A stretch of 64,000 nt of DNA. Source: Candidatus Bathyarchaeota archaeon (GTDB taxonomy: Archaea > Thermoproteota > Bathyarchaeia > 40CM-2-53-6). The notes below the pieces were generated by a model. The model was not told where the DNA came from. It worked only from the letters and a program-made list of their open reading frames with translations, and ran no database searches. The position numbers were made by a program, and so were the translations under genes. Shown in pieces: positions 47,753 to 57,329 of this stretch; position 1 is the stretch's first letter, and the number at the start of each line of letters is the position of its first letter. The stretch is taken from assembly GCA_963780265.1 (NCBI GenBank), contig CAWABQ010000031.1, forward strand, positions 5,126-69,125. The letters run 5' to 3'.

Positions 47753-48720
47753 AGAGCCTGAAGAAGTACTTTCCAGTTCAGAAGGGACTTGTCGCTCAAC
47801 TATTCTCCAGAACAAGCCAATCGGTCAAGGCAGTAGATAACGTCACGTTCAATGTGGAGAAGGGTGATGTATTCGGCCTTGTCGGGGAATCAGGGAGCGG
47901 GAAGACCACCACAGGTAAGATCACGGCTGGGCTCCTGAGGCCTACCAGCGGCGAAGTTATCATTGATGGGGTTGACCTTTACAGTCTCGAAAGGAAGAAA
48001 TTGCGGGCGTTCAGGCGCAAAATGCAATTTGTTTTCCAAGACCCGTTATCGTCCCTAAACCCGAAGATGACAATCGGAAACGCGATCACAGAACCGCTAC
48101 GGTATTTGAGCGACTTACCTGCATCAAAGAGACGAGACCAAGTTCTTGAGCTTCTGGAGAGGGTTGGGCTTTCCCCGGCTGACTCGTTTTATTCAAGATA
48201 CCCGCACCACCTGAGCGGTGGGCAGCGACAGAGGGTCGTTATTGCAAGGGCTATTTCGATAGATCCTGAGTACTTGATTGCAGACGAACCCGTAGCTATG
48301 GTCGATGTTTCCGTTAGGGCTCAGATAATGGAGCTGCTCTTGAAGATGCAGCGGGAACTGAACTTAACGATACTTCTCATAACCCACGACCTAGCTGTTG
48401 CGAAATACATGTGCAACAAGATTTCTGTAATGTACTTGGGAAAAATTATGGAAGCGGGAAGAACGAAAGATATCTTCGCAAATCCATTACATCCCTATAC
48501 ACAAGCCCTGCTCCAAGCCGTTCCTATTCCGAACCCAAGGCAACGCTCGGAAAAGAAAATACCCGCGGGGGAAATACCAAGCGCATTGAATCCGCCGTCC
48601 GGATGCGTATTTCACCCCCGTTGTCCGTTCGTTTTCGACAGGTGCTCTGTTGAAATCCCGGAACTTCTCGAACGTGATACAGGGCACTTCGTCGCCTGCC
48701 ACCTATATCCCGGGAAATAG
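47707..48720 (+). CDS. ABC transporter ATP-binding protein (OppF/DppF-like)
   Basis: [36 protein letters not shown]. Confidence 0.9.
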   Translation: MLSAGGCKSSPFIEVKSLKKYFPVQKGLVAQLFSRTSQSVKAVDNVTFNVEKGDVFGLVGESGSGKTTTGKITAGLLRPTSGEVIIDGVDLYSLERKKLRAFRRKMQFVFQDPLSSLNPKMTIGNAITEPLRYLSDLPASKRRDQVLELLERVGLSPADSFYSRYPHHLSGGQRQRVVIARAISIDPEYLIADEPVAMVDVSVRAQIMELLLKMQRELNLTILLITHDLAVAKYMCNKISVMYLGKIMEAGRTKDIFANPLHPYTQALLQAVPIPNPRQRSEKKIPAGEIPSALNPPSGCVFHPRCPFVFDRCSVEIPELLERDTGHFVACHLYPGK

Positions 48721-48733
48721 ACACTCATGCAAC

Positions 48734-49135
48734 TCATTCCGCGGGTGAGTGTGACGCTCGCCTCCGCATTTCCCATTTCTTTCCAGATTCAAATCCGAGA
48801 CGTTTGTAGAATTCCTCGGTTCCGTCAAAAGGTATGACTGAAAATTCACTCTCGGGATAATGCTCCAAAATAGCCTGGATTAGGCCTGTGCCGACGCCGC
48901 GGCTCTTGTGCGAGGCGGGCATTTCCAGGTACATGATCTCGAATTCTTTCGGATTTGCTCTTCCGAGCACAGTTAACCCTACGATGGTGTTTTCCTCGAC
49001 CGCAATCCAGAACTCGTGTCCTATGCCGAGGACGTTGAATTCGATGCTCTCTGCCGATGCGGATAACTCTTCAGAAATTCGCAGCTTTGAGAGGTCTTCG
49101 AGGTTCCCCTTGCGATAAACAATCGAAACGGGCAT
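48734..49135 (-). CDS. GNAT-family N-acetyltransferase
   Basis: HKSRGVGTGLIQAIL (acetyl-CoA binding R/Q-x-x-G-x-G/A), FYKRLGF. Confidence 0.75.
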   Translation of the reverse strand: MPVSIVYRKGNLEDLSKLRISEELSASAESIEFNVLGIGHEFWIAVEENTIVGLTVLGRANPKEFEIMYLEMPASHKSRGVGTGLIQAILEHYPESEFSVIPFDGTEEFYKRLGFESGKKWEMRRRASHSPAE

Positions 49136-49249
49136 TCACAACACCAAATTCATCATTAACTTAACCACAAGGTTTATGTTTACTCATCCTGAACCGCTCG
49201 ACGAATGAAACGCACGGTTCACTCAAACAGTCTTAGGATATGATAATTC

Positions 49250-49984
49250 TTGGGTAAGCAGATTCGCGTCCAACGAAGAGGAAAGGGCGGCTCAGTTTTC
49301 AGAGCCCGAACATTCAGGCGAATCGCACCCGCACGATTTCCAGCAACAGCTGCGGCCTACCCATCGCTAAAGGGCGTGGTCAGAGAGATTATGCATGAAT
49401 CGGCCAGAGGCGCACCACTTGCCTTGGTGGAGTTCGTCAATGGCACGGCTTGTTGTCTAGCCGCGCCAGAAGGCCTCGCTTTGAATCAAGGGATAACCGT
49501 TGGGCCCGACGCATCGCCAGATGTTGGAAACGTCTTGCCCTTGGGCCGCATGCCTGAAGGAACTCTAGTATCAAGCGTGGAGCTACGACCTGGTGATGGC
49601 GGTCGTCTGGCTAGGTCTTCAGGCACATATTGTATGATTGTTGCGCACACACCACAGGGAACAGAAGTTCGCATGCCCTCTGGAAAATCGGTGTACATGA
49701 ACGACCAGTGCAGGGCCATGGTGGGGGTTGTGGCTGGCGCGGGGAGGACCGAAAAACCGTTCCTTAAGGCTGGAACTGTTTGGAAGTTAATGAGGGCACG
49801 TGGACGCGTTTGGCCAACGACCAGTGGCCAGAAAATGATAGCTGCTTCCCACCCACATGGGGGAGGACGGCACAAGCACTCAGGAAAACCCACCACGGTA
49901 GGCCGCAACACTCCGCCCGGAAGAAAGGTTGGAATGATAGCTGCCCGACAGACTGGGCGAGCGAAACGGGCGATTAGAACCTGA
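49250..49984 (+). CDS. rpl2: 50S ribosomal protein L2 (uL2)
   Basis: RVQRRGKGGSVFR, GRMPEGTLVSSVELRPGDGG, SHPHGGGRHKHSGKPTTV. TTG start. Confidence 0.95.
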   Translation: MGKQIRVQRRGKGGSVFRARTFRRIAPARFPATAAAYPSLKGVVREIMHESARGAPLALVEFVNGTACCLAAPEGLALNQGITVGPDASPDVGNVLPLGRMPEGTLVSSVELRPGDGGRLARSSGTYCMIVAHTPQGTEVRMPSGKSVYMNDQCRAMVGVVAGAGRTEKPFLKAGTVWKLMRARGRVWPTTSGQKMIAASHPHGGGRHKHSGKPTTVGRNTPPGRKVGMIAARQTGRAKRAIRT

Positions 49985-50001
49985 AAACGCCGGCGATATA
50001 G

Positions 50002-50394
50002 ATGACACTAACCGACCCATTATCAAACGCTCTGAACACAATTTACAATAACGAGAGAAGGCACAAACGCGAATGCATCGCCTGGCCGGCCTCAAAGCTG
50101 ATGGGGCAGGTTCTGCGTGTGATGCAGAAGAACGGTTACATCGGGGAGTTCGAATTCATCGATGACGGCCGCGCAGGAAAATACCGCATCCAGCTCCTGG
50201 GTCGAGTGAACAAATGCGGAGTAATCAAACCTAGGTATGCTGTCAGGACGCCAGAAATCGAGGCTTGGGAGGAAAGGTATCTTCCCTCACGCGATGTTGG
50301 AGTTCTTATCGTTAGTACACCGAAGGGCGTGTTGTCGCACATGGATGCCCGAACTGCGAAGACGGGCGGGCGGCTGCTCGCGTATGTCTTTTGA
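50002..50394 (+). CDS. rps8: 30S ribosomal protein S8 (uS8)
   Basis: [42 protein letters not shown]. Confidence 0.95.
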   Translation: MTLTDPLSNALNTIYNNERRHKRECIAWPASKLMGQVLRVMQKNGYIGEFEFIDDGRAGKYRIQLLGRVNKCGVIKPRYAVRTPEIEAWEERYLPSRDVGVLIVSTPKGVLSHMDARTAKTGGRLLAYVF

Positions 50395-50464
50395 CCCCGC
50401 CCAGCTGGAAACGCTTTAATTGCGCACTGAGAAATCGGGGTTACTTCAAAGAGAGTTGTAGAAG

Positions 50465-51064
50465 TTGGCAAAGGGACCGCGATACAATCTACCCTTTCGC
50501 CGAAGACGCGAAGGAAGAACTCACTACGGAAAAAGGAGGAAGCTCGTAACTTCAGGAATCGCTCGATTCGTCATACGTCCGACGAACAAGCACCTTGGAG
50601 CCCAAGTCATTCAAGCGAAACCGGAAGGCGACTTTGTGCTTGCTAGCGCGCATTCTTCTGAATTGAAAGAATTTGGATGGAAAGCACCCTGCGGGAACAT
50701 GCCCGCCGCGTATCTGACGGGGCTACTCGCTGGCCGAAGGGCCAAGGCCAACGGCGTGTCCAAAGCGATCTTGGACATAGGCCTACACACCAGGGGACCT
50801 GGCTCGCGTATGTTTGCAGCGGCAAAGGGAGCCCTAGACGCAGGCCTTGACATCCCACATGAGGAAAAAGTCCTCCCAAAGGCTGAACGCATCAAAGGTC
50901 AACACGTTGGCAATTATTCGAAAGAACTAGCCTCAGAAGCAGAAGTCCACAAGAAAAGATTCTCATCGTATCTGAAGAACAAACTTAAGCCGGAAGATCT
51001 ACCTGACCATGTCGCCCAGGTAGAGGCAAAAATAAACGCTTCACAGGAGGAAGCGCACAAATGA
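50465..51064 (+). CDS. rpl18: 50S ribosomal protein L18 (uL18)
   Basis: PFRRRREGRTHYGKRRKL, RFVIRPTNKHLGAQV, AAYLTGLLAGRRA. Confidence 0.95.
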   Translation: MAKGPRYNLPFRRRREGRTHYGKRRKLVTSGIARFVIRPTNKHLGAQVIQAKPEGDFVLASAHSSELKEFGWKAPCGNMPAAYLTGLLAGRRAKANGVSKAILDIGLHTRGPGSRMFAAAKGALDAGLDIPHEEKVLPKAERIKGQHVGNYSKELASEAEVHKKRFSSYLKNKLKPEDLPDHVAQVEAKINASQEEAHK

Positions 51065-51684
51065 GTACAGCCCAGAAACATAAGGCAAAGCCCAAGGCAC
51101 CGCGCACTGCGAAAGCTAGGGCCCCTCGCAAGCGCGCAGTCCCCGCCAAGAAACCTGTGGGAAAAGCAGTTGAGGCGCAACCGCAGAAGAAAGCAGTTGC
51201 GCCAGAAAAGGTCTTCCTCTTTGCAGTACGGCTGAAGGGGTCTTTCGGCATGCCTGTGCCGATCGAAAGAACTTTGGCGAGCCTGAGGCTTAACAGGAAG
51301 TTCAATGCAGTTGTCCTAGAAAATGACGCGAACGTGCTAGCAACGTTGCGGAAGGCAAAGGATTACGTGACGTGGGGTGAAGCCAAACCCCGAGATATTG
51401 CAATGTTGCTAAGGGAACGAGGAGAACTTCTAGGCGGGTTACCGCTTACAGACAAATCTGCTCAAGATAAGTTCGGTGTACAGTCAGTGGACGGACTCGC
51501 GTCCGCACTTGCTGGCGGCGGTATCACATTGAAAATATTGTGGCAGAAGGGACTGAAACCTGTATTCAGGCTTCATCCACCGTCCGGCGGGTTTGTCGCG
51601 AGTACCAAGCGGCCGCACGGCAAAATGGGCGAGCTCGGATACAGAGGACCAGAGATAACCACTCTGGTAGCAAGGATGGCCTAA
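51061..51684 (+). CDS. rpl30: 50S ribosomal protein L30 (uL30) with ~50-aa Lys/Ala/Pro-rich N-terminal extension
   Basis: The core is LFAVRLKGSFGMPVPIERTLASLRLNRKFNAVVL. The N-terminus is MSTAQKHKAKPKAPRTAKARAPRKRAVPAKKPVGKAVEAQPQKKAV. There is an ATGA overlap with rpl18 and no later in-frame start before the core. Confidence 0.9.
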   Translation: MSTAQKHKAKPKAPRTAKARAPRKRAVPAKKPVGKAVEAQPQKKAVAPEKVFLFAVRLKGSFGMPVPIERTLASLRLNRKFNAVVLENDANVLATLRKAKDYVTWGEAKPRDIAMLLRERGELLGGLPLTDKSAQDKFGVQSVDGLASALAGGGITLKILWQKGLKPVFRLHPPSGGFVASTKRPHGKMGELGYRGPEITTLVARMA

Positions 51685-51733
51685 CCTACTAGGTTAGTCT
51701 TCCCCAGGAAACGATTTTCCATATTGATAGCCA

Positions 51734-52513
51734 TTGGCGCGACCCTCTCCTGTCACCCTAACGCCAGTAAGATTGCCGCTGGCCAAACAGGGCCAAAATC
51801 TCAACGAACTTGTCGAGCGCGCCCTCCACAATCAAAACACTTGCTTAAGGAATGGTGACGTGCTCGCTGTTGCGAGCAAAGTTGTATCGCTTTGCGAAAA
51901 TCGTATCTTGAGACTCGATACCGTACGGGTGTCGACTAGAGCCAAACGACTTTCCGAGCGATGGCAGATTGATCGTCGCCTTACATCCATAGTACTCCAA
52001 GAAGCCGATTTGGTTCTCGGTGGAACACGCGGATTTCTACTTACCGTCAAGGATGGCATCTTAACAGCGAATGCGGGTGTGGATTTGAAGAACTCACCGC
52101 ACGGGACATTGACGCTGTGGCCCAAGAACGCTGATCAGTCAGCGGCGCGGCTCCGACGACATCTGGAGCATAAAGCGGCTATTCGGCTCGGAGTCGAAAT
52201 AGTGGACAGCCGGGTCACAGCTTTGCGATTAGGAACCGTAGGACTCGCCATTGGAGTATCTGGCTTCGAACCTATTCGCGACTACAGGGCGAAACCGGAT
52301 CTCTACGGCCGAAAAGTAAAGGTTACTCAATCAAATATCGCCGATGATTTGGCAGCCGCGGCGCATATGCTAATGGGCGAAACTAGGGAAAGGATCGGGG
52401 CCGTTTTGGTGAGAAACGCGCCCGTAAGATTTGAAGGCTGGAACGGCTCAGCCCACGCGAAGTTGAGGCCCCAACGATGCTTGATATCAAATGGTTTAGG
52501 TCGTTTCAGGTGA
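51734..52513 (+). CDS. cofE: coenzyme F420:L-glutamate ligase (CofE)
   Basis: NGDVLAVASKVVS, ANAGVDLKNSP, VDSRVTALRLGTVGLAIGVSGF, YGRKVKVTQSNIADDLAAAAHMLMGE. TTG start. Confidence 0.85.
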   Translation: MARPSPVTLTPVRLPLAKQGQNLNELVERALHNQNTCLRNGDVLAVASKVVSLCENRILRLDTVRVSTRAKRLSERWQIDRRLTSIVLQEADLVLGGTRGFLLTVKDGILTANAGVDLKNSPHGTLTLWPKNADQSAARLRRHLEHKAAIRLGVEIVDSRVTALRLGTVGLAIGVSGFEPIRDYRAKPDLYGRKVKVTQSNIADDLAAAAHMLMGETRERIGAVLVRNAPVRFEGWNGSAHAKLRPQRCLISNGLGRFR

Positions 52514-54027
52514 TTATATCCCTTGAGTTGATATCGCAATGCAAAAGCTAGGATGATGACCGGAAGTATAAGTACGAGGTTGCTGAGCCAGCTTAGGATA
52601 GTCTCATACAATTCCATCTGCCTAGCCCTATTGAAAAGGTCAATTGCTGATTGCGCAGCTACCTTGGCGGTCGAAAAGTCTCTCAGCTCGAAAGCCTGGT
52701 TGGCAATATCGAGCTGCGCGTTTGCTTGTTGTATTAGCGAAGAGCTGGGATATGAGCCGGAGGGCGATGTGGTGTTCTTTAGGCCCTCAGCTGCACCGAG
52801 TAGTTGAACAGTTTGAGGATAGTCGGGCGGGACTGCCGCGGCATTGGCAGTCGTTTCCGCCGAGACAGCTAATGCGTTGGCGTCACTGAATTTTCCAAGG
52901 CTGAAGAGTTCGCGAGCATTTACTAAGAGCTTTTGTGCTAAGTCTAGGTTCTGGAACCTATTCTCAGTTTCAGCAACCTGCATCGCATCCTGCGCGCGAA
53001 CAATCGCGTAAATGGCTATCTCGGCGTCTCTGCCTACTTGTGCGTCTCCAACGAGCAACCTGTATCTGCCTTGCGTCACATTGAGTACGACTATTGATAT
53101 TTCGGAAGTTGGATCGAGAAAAATTGCTTTGCTGATTATGTCGGGTTGGAGAACTTTTCTGAACTGTATCGAAGCGTTAGATGGAGGTATGTAAGTAACA
53201 ATTGCCCCGTAGTCTTGAAGATTATTCCGGTCGTACCCTAAAGACTGCCGTACTTCAACCCAATATTCACCCGCGCTCCCCCCCATATTGATTCGAAGCG
53301 CCAAGGCGTCTACGCCCGGGTCCTCCACAGGATCAACGATTGCGATTTCACCCGCAGACGAGGCATCCATACTTCGGACCTGAGAACCATTAATCCAACC
53401 CAACGCGACCTTCGACCATGCGGACATTTCGCCATCCCCGTTAGCAGACAAATCATTGGTTCCAAGACCAGAGAGCTGACTTTGGATACGCCACAAGCCA
53501 AGCGAAAGCGCGAATGCATGCGCATATGCGGACCAATCGCGGTCCTCTTCAATCACGGCGAAACTCGCCACTATACCACTACTTGTGCCAATGGGATGCC
53601 CGTAGCTCGGAACAAAGTCTCCCGTCAGGCTCGGGTAGAAAGACAGAACCAAGAAAACAAAATCAAAGGCCGCCAGATTGTATGACCTAGACGCGAAATT
53701 GAACGCGTCTTTGGCCACGTTCATCACACCCTGATTAAGATCGCTTCCGGCATATTGCGAGTAAAGTCTGGGCAGAGTGATCCAACTAGTGGAATTGCCG
53801 CACACCGCGAGTTTACCATAGGACATATCATAGAAATAGCGAGCAACCCTACTGAAAAATAGCGAACTGATCTCCTCCTGGCTTGAAAGATGGGGATATT
53901 CGGGAAAGTCCGCGAGCACCAATAGAGTCTTCTTCGTTCCACAGACACATTGACCCTCTTGGTAGCTGGGCGTCAGCAGGCTTCCTAAGGAAAGGACGAA
54001 GAGTAAAACAAGAACGGTAATTCTCAC
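52327..54027 (-). CDS. secreted, membrane-anchored M6/InhA-like domain protein with degenerate active site
   Basis: Signal peptide MRITVLVLLFVLSLGSLL. The M6-domain-like N-terminal half carries KTLLVLADFPEYPH, YFYDMSYGKL and AHAFALSLGLW in place of HExxHxLGLpD, then SAWSKVALGWI. A helical A/Q-rich region follows, then the C-terminal TM LVLILPVIILAFAL. The last about 60 aa overlap cofE antisense. Confidence 0.6.
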   Translation of the reverse strand: MRITVLVLLFVLSLGSLLTPSYQEGQCVCGTKKTLLVLADFPEYPHLSSQEEISSLFFSRVARYFYDMSYGKLAVCGNSTSWITLPRLYSQYAGSDLNQGVMNVAKDAFNFASRSYNLAAFDFVFLVLSFYPSLTGDFVPSYGHPIGTSSGIVASFAVIEEDRDWSAYAHAFALSLGLWRIQSQLSGLGTNDLSANGDGEMSAWSKVALGWINGSQVRSMDASSAGEIAIVDPVEDPGVDALALRINMGGSAGEYWVEVRQSLGYDRNNLQDYGAIVTYIPPSNASIQFRKVLQPDIISKAIFLDPTSEISIVVLNVTQGRYRLLVGDAQVGRDAEIAIYAIVRAQDAMQVAETENRFQNLDLAQKLLVNARELFSLGKFSDANALAVSAETTANAAAVPPDYPQTVQLLGAAEGLKNTTSPSGSYPSSSLIQQANAQLDIANQAFELRDFSTAKVAAQSAIDLFNRARQMELYETILSWLSNLVLILPVIILAFALRYQLKGYNHLKRPKPFDIKHRWGLNFAWAEPFQPSNLTGAFLTKTAPILSLVSPISICAAAAKSSAIFD

Positions 54028-54037
54028 CGTTATTTTT

Positions 54038-54544
54038 GTGATTACGATGGTTTCTCCCTACCCATCGTGTTTTACCGTCGCACTAAAAGGTTATTTATCG
54101 AGCTATTGGCCGCTCACACACGTGAGTAGATTGCTGGAAAAGGAAAGGGAGCTTGTAAAGGATGTCCAGCTAAGGACTGCTTATAGAGTCTACCTCTGTC
54201 TCTTGAAGTCGCGCACAGCGTCCGCGAAGGATATCCAAAAGGCAATGGGGTTCCCGACGGTTGCCCAAGCTAGGTACCATTTGAACAAGCTAGTGGACTT
54301 AGGCTTGGCCAAGGAAGGCGAGGAAGCGACATATGAGGCCATCGAACGAAAGTTTGGGATACTCAGGTTTTTCTTCAGGATCCGGAACTCCATTCTTCCA
54401 TTGAGCCTATTCTACAGTGCGTTCTTCGGACTCCTCACACTAGTCCTTCTCTTCAGATCGCCAAGTATTGAGATCGTCTTGTTGGGAGGCCTCATAACCA
54501 CGAAGGAAATTGCTGACACATACATGTTCTACGCAATGCTGTAA
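54038..54544 (+). CDS. membrane-associated winged-helix DNA-binding protein (putative regulator)
   Basis: RVYLCLLKSRTASAKDIQKAMGFPTVAQARYHLNKLVDLGLAKE (wHTH) followed by two hydrophobic segments. The likely start is GTG 54122, which lies 24 nt after TTATTTAT (54091..54098). Confidence 0.6.
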   Translation: MITMVSPYPSCFTVALKGYLSSYWPLTHVSRLLEKERELVKDVQLRTAYRVYLCLLKSRTASAKDIQKAMGFPTVAQARYHLNKLVDLGLAKEGEEATYEAIERKFGILRFFFRIRNSILPLSLFYSAFFGLLTLVLLFRSPSIEIVLLGGLITTKEIADTYMFYAML

Positions 54545-54635
54545 CTCCTGTTTGAGTAGGATGTGCCCACGATCAAGTCGATCTCGGGAAGTCTTAAAAC
54601 TGCAAGGGATGGAGTTATCGTCCGGGAAAATTGTT

Positions 54636-56645
54636 ATGAACACTAAAGCGATTGTAAAGTCAACCGCTGCATTAATCGTCATAGCGATCGTCTTAGTATC
54701 TGGACTGGCGGGAACCGTATACTATTACAGTTCACGAGGTCCAAAGATGGCTACGGTTCCAACTCCAAGCTTTGTATCATCCCAAACCTACGTCGGCGAA
54801 TCTCCGAACCAGTTTCAATGGTTGGACCCACAGGTTTCTTACTACCAATTTGATTACGAGATTTTGAACAATCAATTCGAGAAGTTGCTGTGGTACAACG
54901 GGGCCAGCAGTACAGACCTTATTCCTTGGCTTGCCGAGAGTTGGAACCAGACCTCACAGACGCAGTACACGTTCAAATTACGCCAGGGGCTAAGCTTCCA
55001 GGACGGGACGCCATTCAATGCTCAGGCTGTTTGGTTTAGCTTGAACAGGCTCCTCGTAATTGATGGTACCTCTGGAACCGGGGATTCGGGCACACAGGCC
55101 GCTTGGATTGTTCAACAGATGCTGAACACAAGCCTCTCCACGACATTATGCTGCACACAAGCGCACGACGCTGCTTGGGTCCAAGCAGTTCTGGCGCAGA
55201 ACTTTGTGCAGATAGTGGACTCCTACACGATTAACATCAATATCATGAACCCAACGACCCAGTTCCCGTACTTGCTTGCGAACGAGTGGGCCGACATAGT
55301 TTCGCCCTCATTTGTTGTTTTTCATGACCTTCCATCCGCATGCAAGACAACTGATTGCGCCGCCGACAGTATCGATTACAGCACTTACTTCAACCACATT
55401 GCGGGACACGGGGAGGTATCATACAATTACCTAGACCTCCCAAAGGACGGATCAAAAGCGGGAACCGGCCCATACTACATAGACAGCGTCAACCCGACAA
55501 CCTACGAGATCGTCATGAAAGCGAACCCCAACTACTGGGGTGGACCAAAGAGCTGGAGTGGACCAGCAATTTCCGTTTCAATTAAGACATTGGACTTCGT
55601 TTACGTTCCAGAGCTTGCAACGAGACTGCTTGATGCTAAAGCAGGCAAAGCTACCGCCATCGGCGTGGCCGCAACGGACATCTATACAGTTGCCGACAGA
55701 GACCAATGGCTAACGAATGGAAAATTGGTGTCAGTCGTCCCAGGACTAACTCTGTACGGACCATACCCATCATTCGTCACGAACTGGTACAGTTTTCTCA
55801 CGAACGTTACGGACGCAACAGGAACGGTTCGAAAGTTCCAGCCGTTCGCCGACGTTAGATTCAGATTGGCTGTAGCAGATTCAATCAACCTGACGGATGC
55901 GGAGATTAATATCAACAACCGGTTCGGCCAGGTCGCTAACCAACTCATACCTCCAGGAACGGCCCCAGCAGGCTCCTATAACCCAGAAATCAAGCCAATT
56001 TTCGCCCTCGACCTTGTAAAGATGCAGGTGTTGCTCACTGACGCACATGATCACCCATTGACAAACTTCGTGGACGAAAATGGCCACCCATACCCAACGG
56101 GGGCAATAGACAACTCATTCTCGCCAAGTAACCCGCAGCTAATCGAGATGTACGTAGGCGCGGGTGACACTACTGACCAAAGAATGATGTCGATAATGGC
56201 TTCCAACCTGAACAAAGTGTCAACGAAACTCGGCCTGACATTCACAATAGTGCCAGTTCCAGGAGGACAGTACTACACGCTCGCCTCAGAACACAAGATT
56301 TACTTCTACACCGCAGGATGGGTTGCAGACTACAACCACCTACTAGACTGGTTGGCCCCAATGTTCCTAGCAAGCGGTTCGTACCCGTCATGGCACAATA
56401 TGAACTACACAGTCCTCAACAACTTGTATGCACAAGCCGTAGACGCCGACAGACGTGGCGATACCACCTCAATTATTCAAGTCAACAACCAGATGGAAAA
56501 CTACGCCAACCAGGCCGTCGAGTACATGTACGTCGACTACCCACTTATCTACGCTGTCAGGTCATCATTCCTCCAAGGCTTCTATTACAACGAAGCAACC
56601 GCAATAACCTACTTTGCCACAGAATACTACACGACCTCGATATGA
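54636..56645 (+). CDS. ABC transporter substrate-binding protein, family 5 (paralogue A)
   Basis: ATG 54636 gives MNTKAIVKSTAALIVIAIVLVSG (anchor). WYNGASSTDLIPWLAESWNQTSQTQYTFKLRQGLSFQDGTPFNA follows. The track ORF starts earlier, at 54510. Confidence 0.9.
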   Translation: MNTKAIVKSTAALIVIAIVLVSGLAGTVYYYSSRGPKMATVPTPSFVSSQTYVGESPNQFQWLDPQVSYYQFDYEILNNQFEKLLWYNGASSTDLIPWLAESWNQTSQTQYTFKLRQGLSFQDGTPFNAQAVWFSLNRLLVIDGTSGTGDSGTQAAWIVQQMLNTSLSTTLCCTQAHDAAWVQAVLAQNFVQIVDSYTININIMNPTTQFPYLLANEWADIVSPSFVVFHDLPSACKTTDCAADSIDYSTYFNHIAGHGEVSYNYLDLPKDGSKAGTGPYYIDSVNPTTYEIVMKANPNYWGGPKSWSGPAISVSIKTLDFVYVPELATRLLDAKAGKATAIGVAATDIYTVADRDQWLTNGKLVSVVPGLTLYGPYPSFVTNWYSFLTNVTDATGTVRKFQPFADVRFRLAVADSINLTDAEININNRFGQVANQLIPPGTAPAGSYNPEIKPIFALDLVKMQVLLTDAHDHPLTNFVDENGHPYPTGAIDNSFSPSNPQLIEMYVGAGDTTDQRMMSIMASNLNKVSTKLGLTFTIVPVPGGQYYTLASEHKIYFYTAGWVADYNHLLDWLAPMFLASGSYPSWHNMNYTVLNNLYAQAVDADRRGDTTSIIQVNNQMENYANQAVEYMYVDYPLIYAVRSSFLQGFYYNEATAITYFATEYYTTSI

Positions 56646-56660
56646 CCGTCAAAATTCAAT

Positions 56661-56679
56661 CCCTTCCCCTCTCTTTTTG
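56661..56679 (+). terminator. C/T-rich tract plus T5 3' of SBP paralogue A
   Basis: CCCTTCCCCTCTCTTTTTG begins 16 nt after the stop codon. Confidence 0.35.
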
Positions 56680-56864
56680 TACGTAAAGGTACGTTTCTAA
56701 GACAGTGCTGTTCCAAACTGGGTACAGTAATTTTAGAGTCTCACGTCGGCATGTATCAGAATAGTTTTCTCCCCCCTGAAAATTGTTTCCTAACAAGAAA
56801 TCGCGACAAGCTTGCAAACCGTTAAAAGCTGAGAGTTCCCCTTACCGCCCGAAGGAAAATTTCT

Positions 56865-57329
56865 ATGAATACAAAAGCATTAGCGAAATCTACAGCTGCG
56901 TTAGCAGTTATAGTCATAGTTCTAGTTGCAGGACTTGCGGGGACAGTTGTCTACTACAGCGAACGAGGCGGGGCTCCATCTGGGCCGACGACACCGTCGG
57001 TTCCGACACCCGGCTTCGTCTCATCTTCTACGATGGTCGATGAGACAGGAAACCAGTTCCAGTGGCTGGATCCACACGTCTCCTACTACCAATGGGATTA
57101 CCAAATTCTGAACAATCAGTATGAGAAGCTGCTATGGTACAACGGTGCTAGCAGCACTGACATCATACCTTGGCTTGCCGACAGCTACAGCCAAGTCTCA
57201 CCAACACAGTACACCTTCAAGTTGCACCAGGGCATCAACTTCCAAGACGGAACACCTTTCAACGCACAAGCCGTCTGGTTCAGCCTCAACCGTCTTACTC
57301 ATAATGGACGGTACAAGCGGAACAGGTGA
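56865..57329 (+). CDS. ABC substrate-binding protein paralogue B, N-terminal fragment (frame break near 57294-57298)
   Basis: MNTKALAKSTAALAVIVIVLVAG...AQAVWFSLNRL is collinear with paralogue A, then runs out of frame. Confidence 0.85.
   Translation: MNTKALAKSTAALAVIVIVLVAGLAGTVVYYSERGGAPSGPTTPSVPTPGFVSSSTMVDETGNQFQWLDPHVSYYQWDYQILNNQYEKLLWYNGASSTDIIPWLADSYSQVSPTQYTFKLHQGINFQDGTPFNAQAVWFSLNRLTHNGRYKRNR

Noticed and set aside
53902-53911. GGGAAAGTCC, which resembles the RNase P RNA P4 core.
   Set aside because: It lies inside the well-supported M6-like CDS, with no surrounding RNase P RNA-like helices. I treat it as a chance match.
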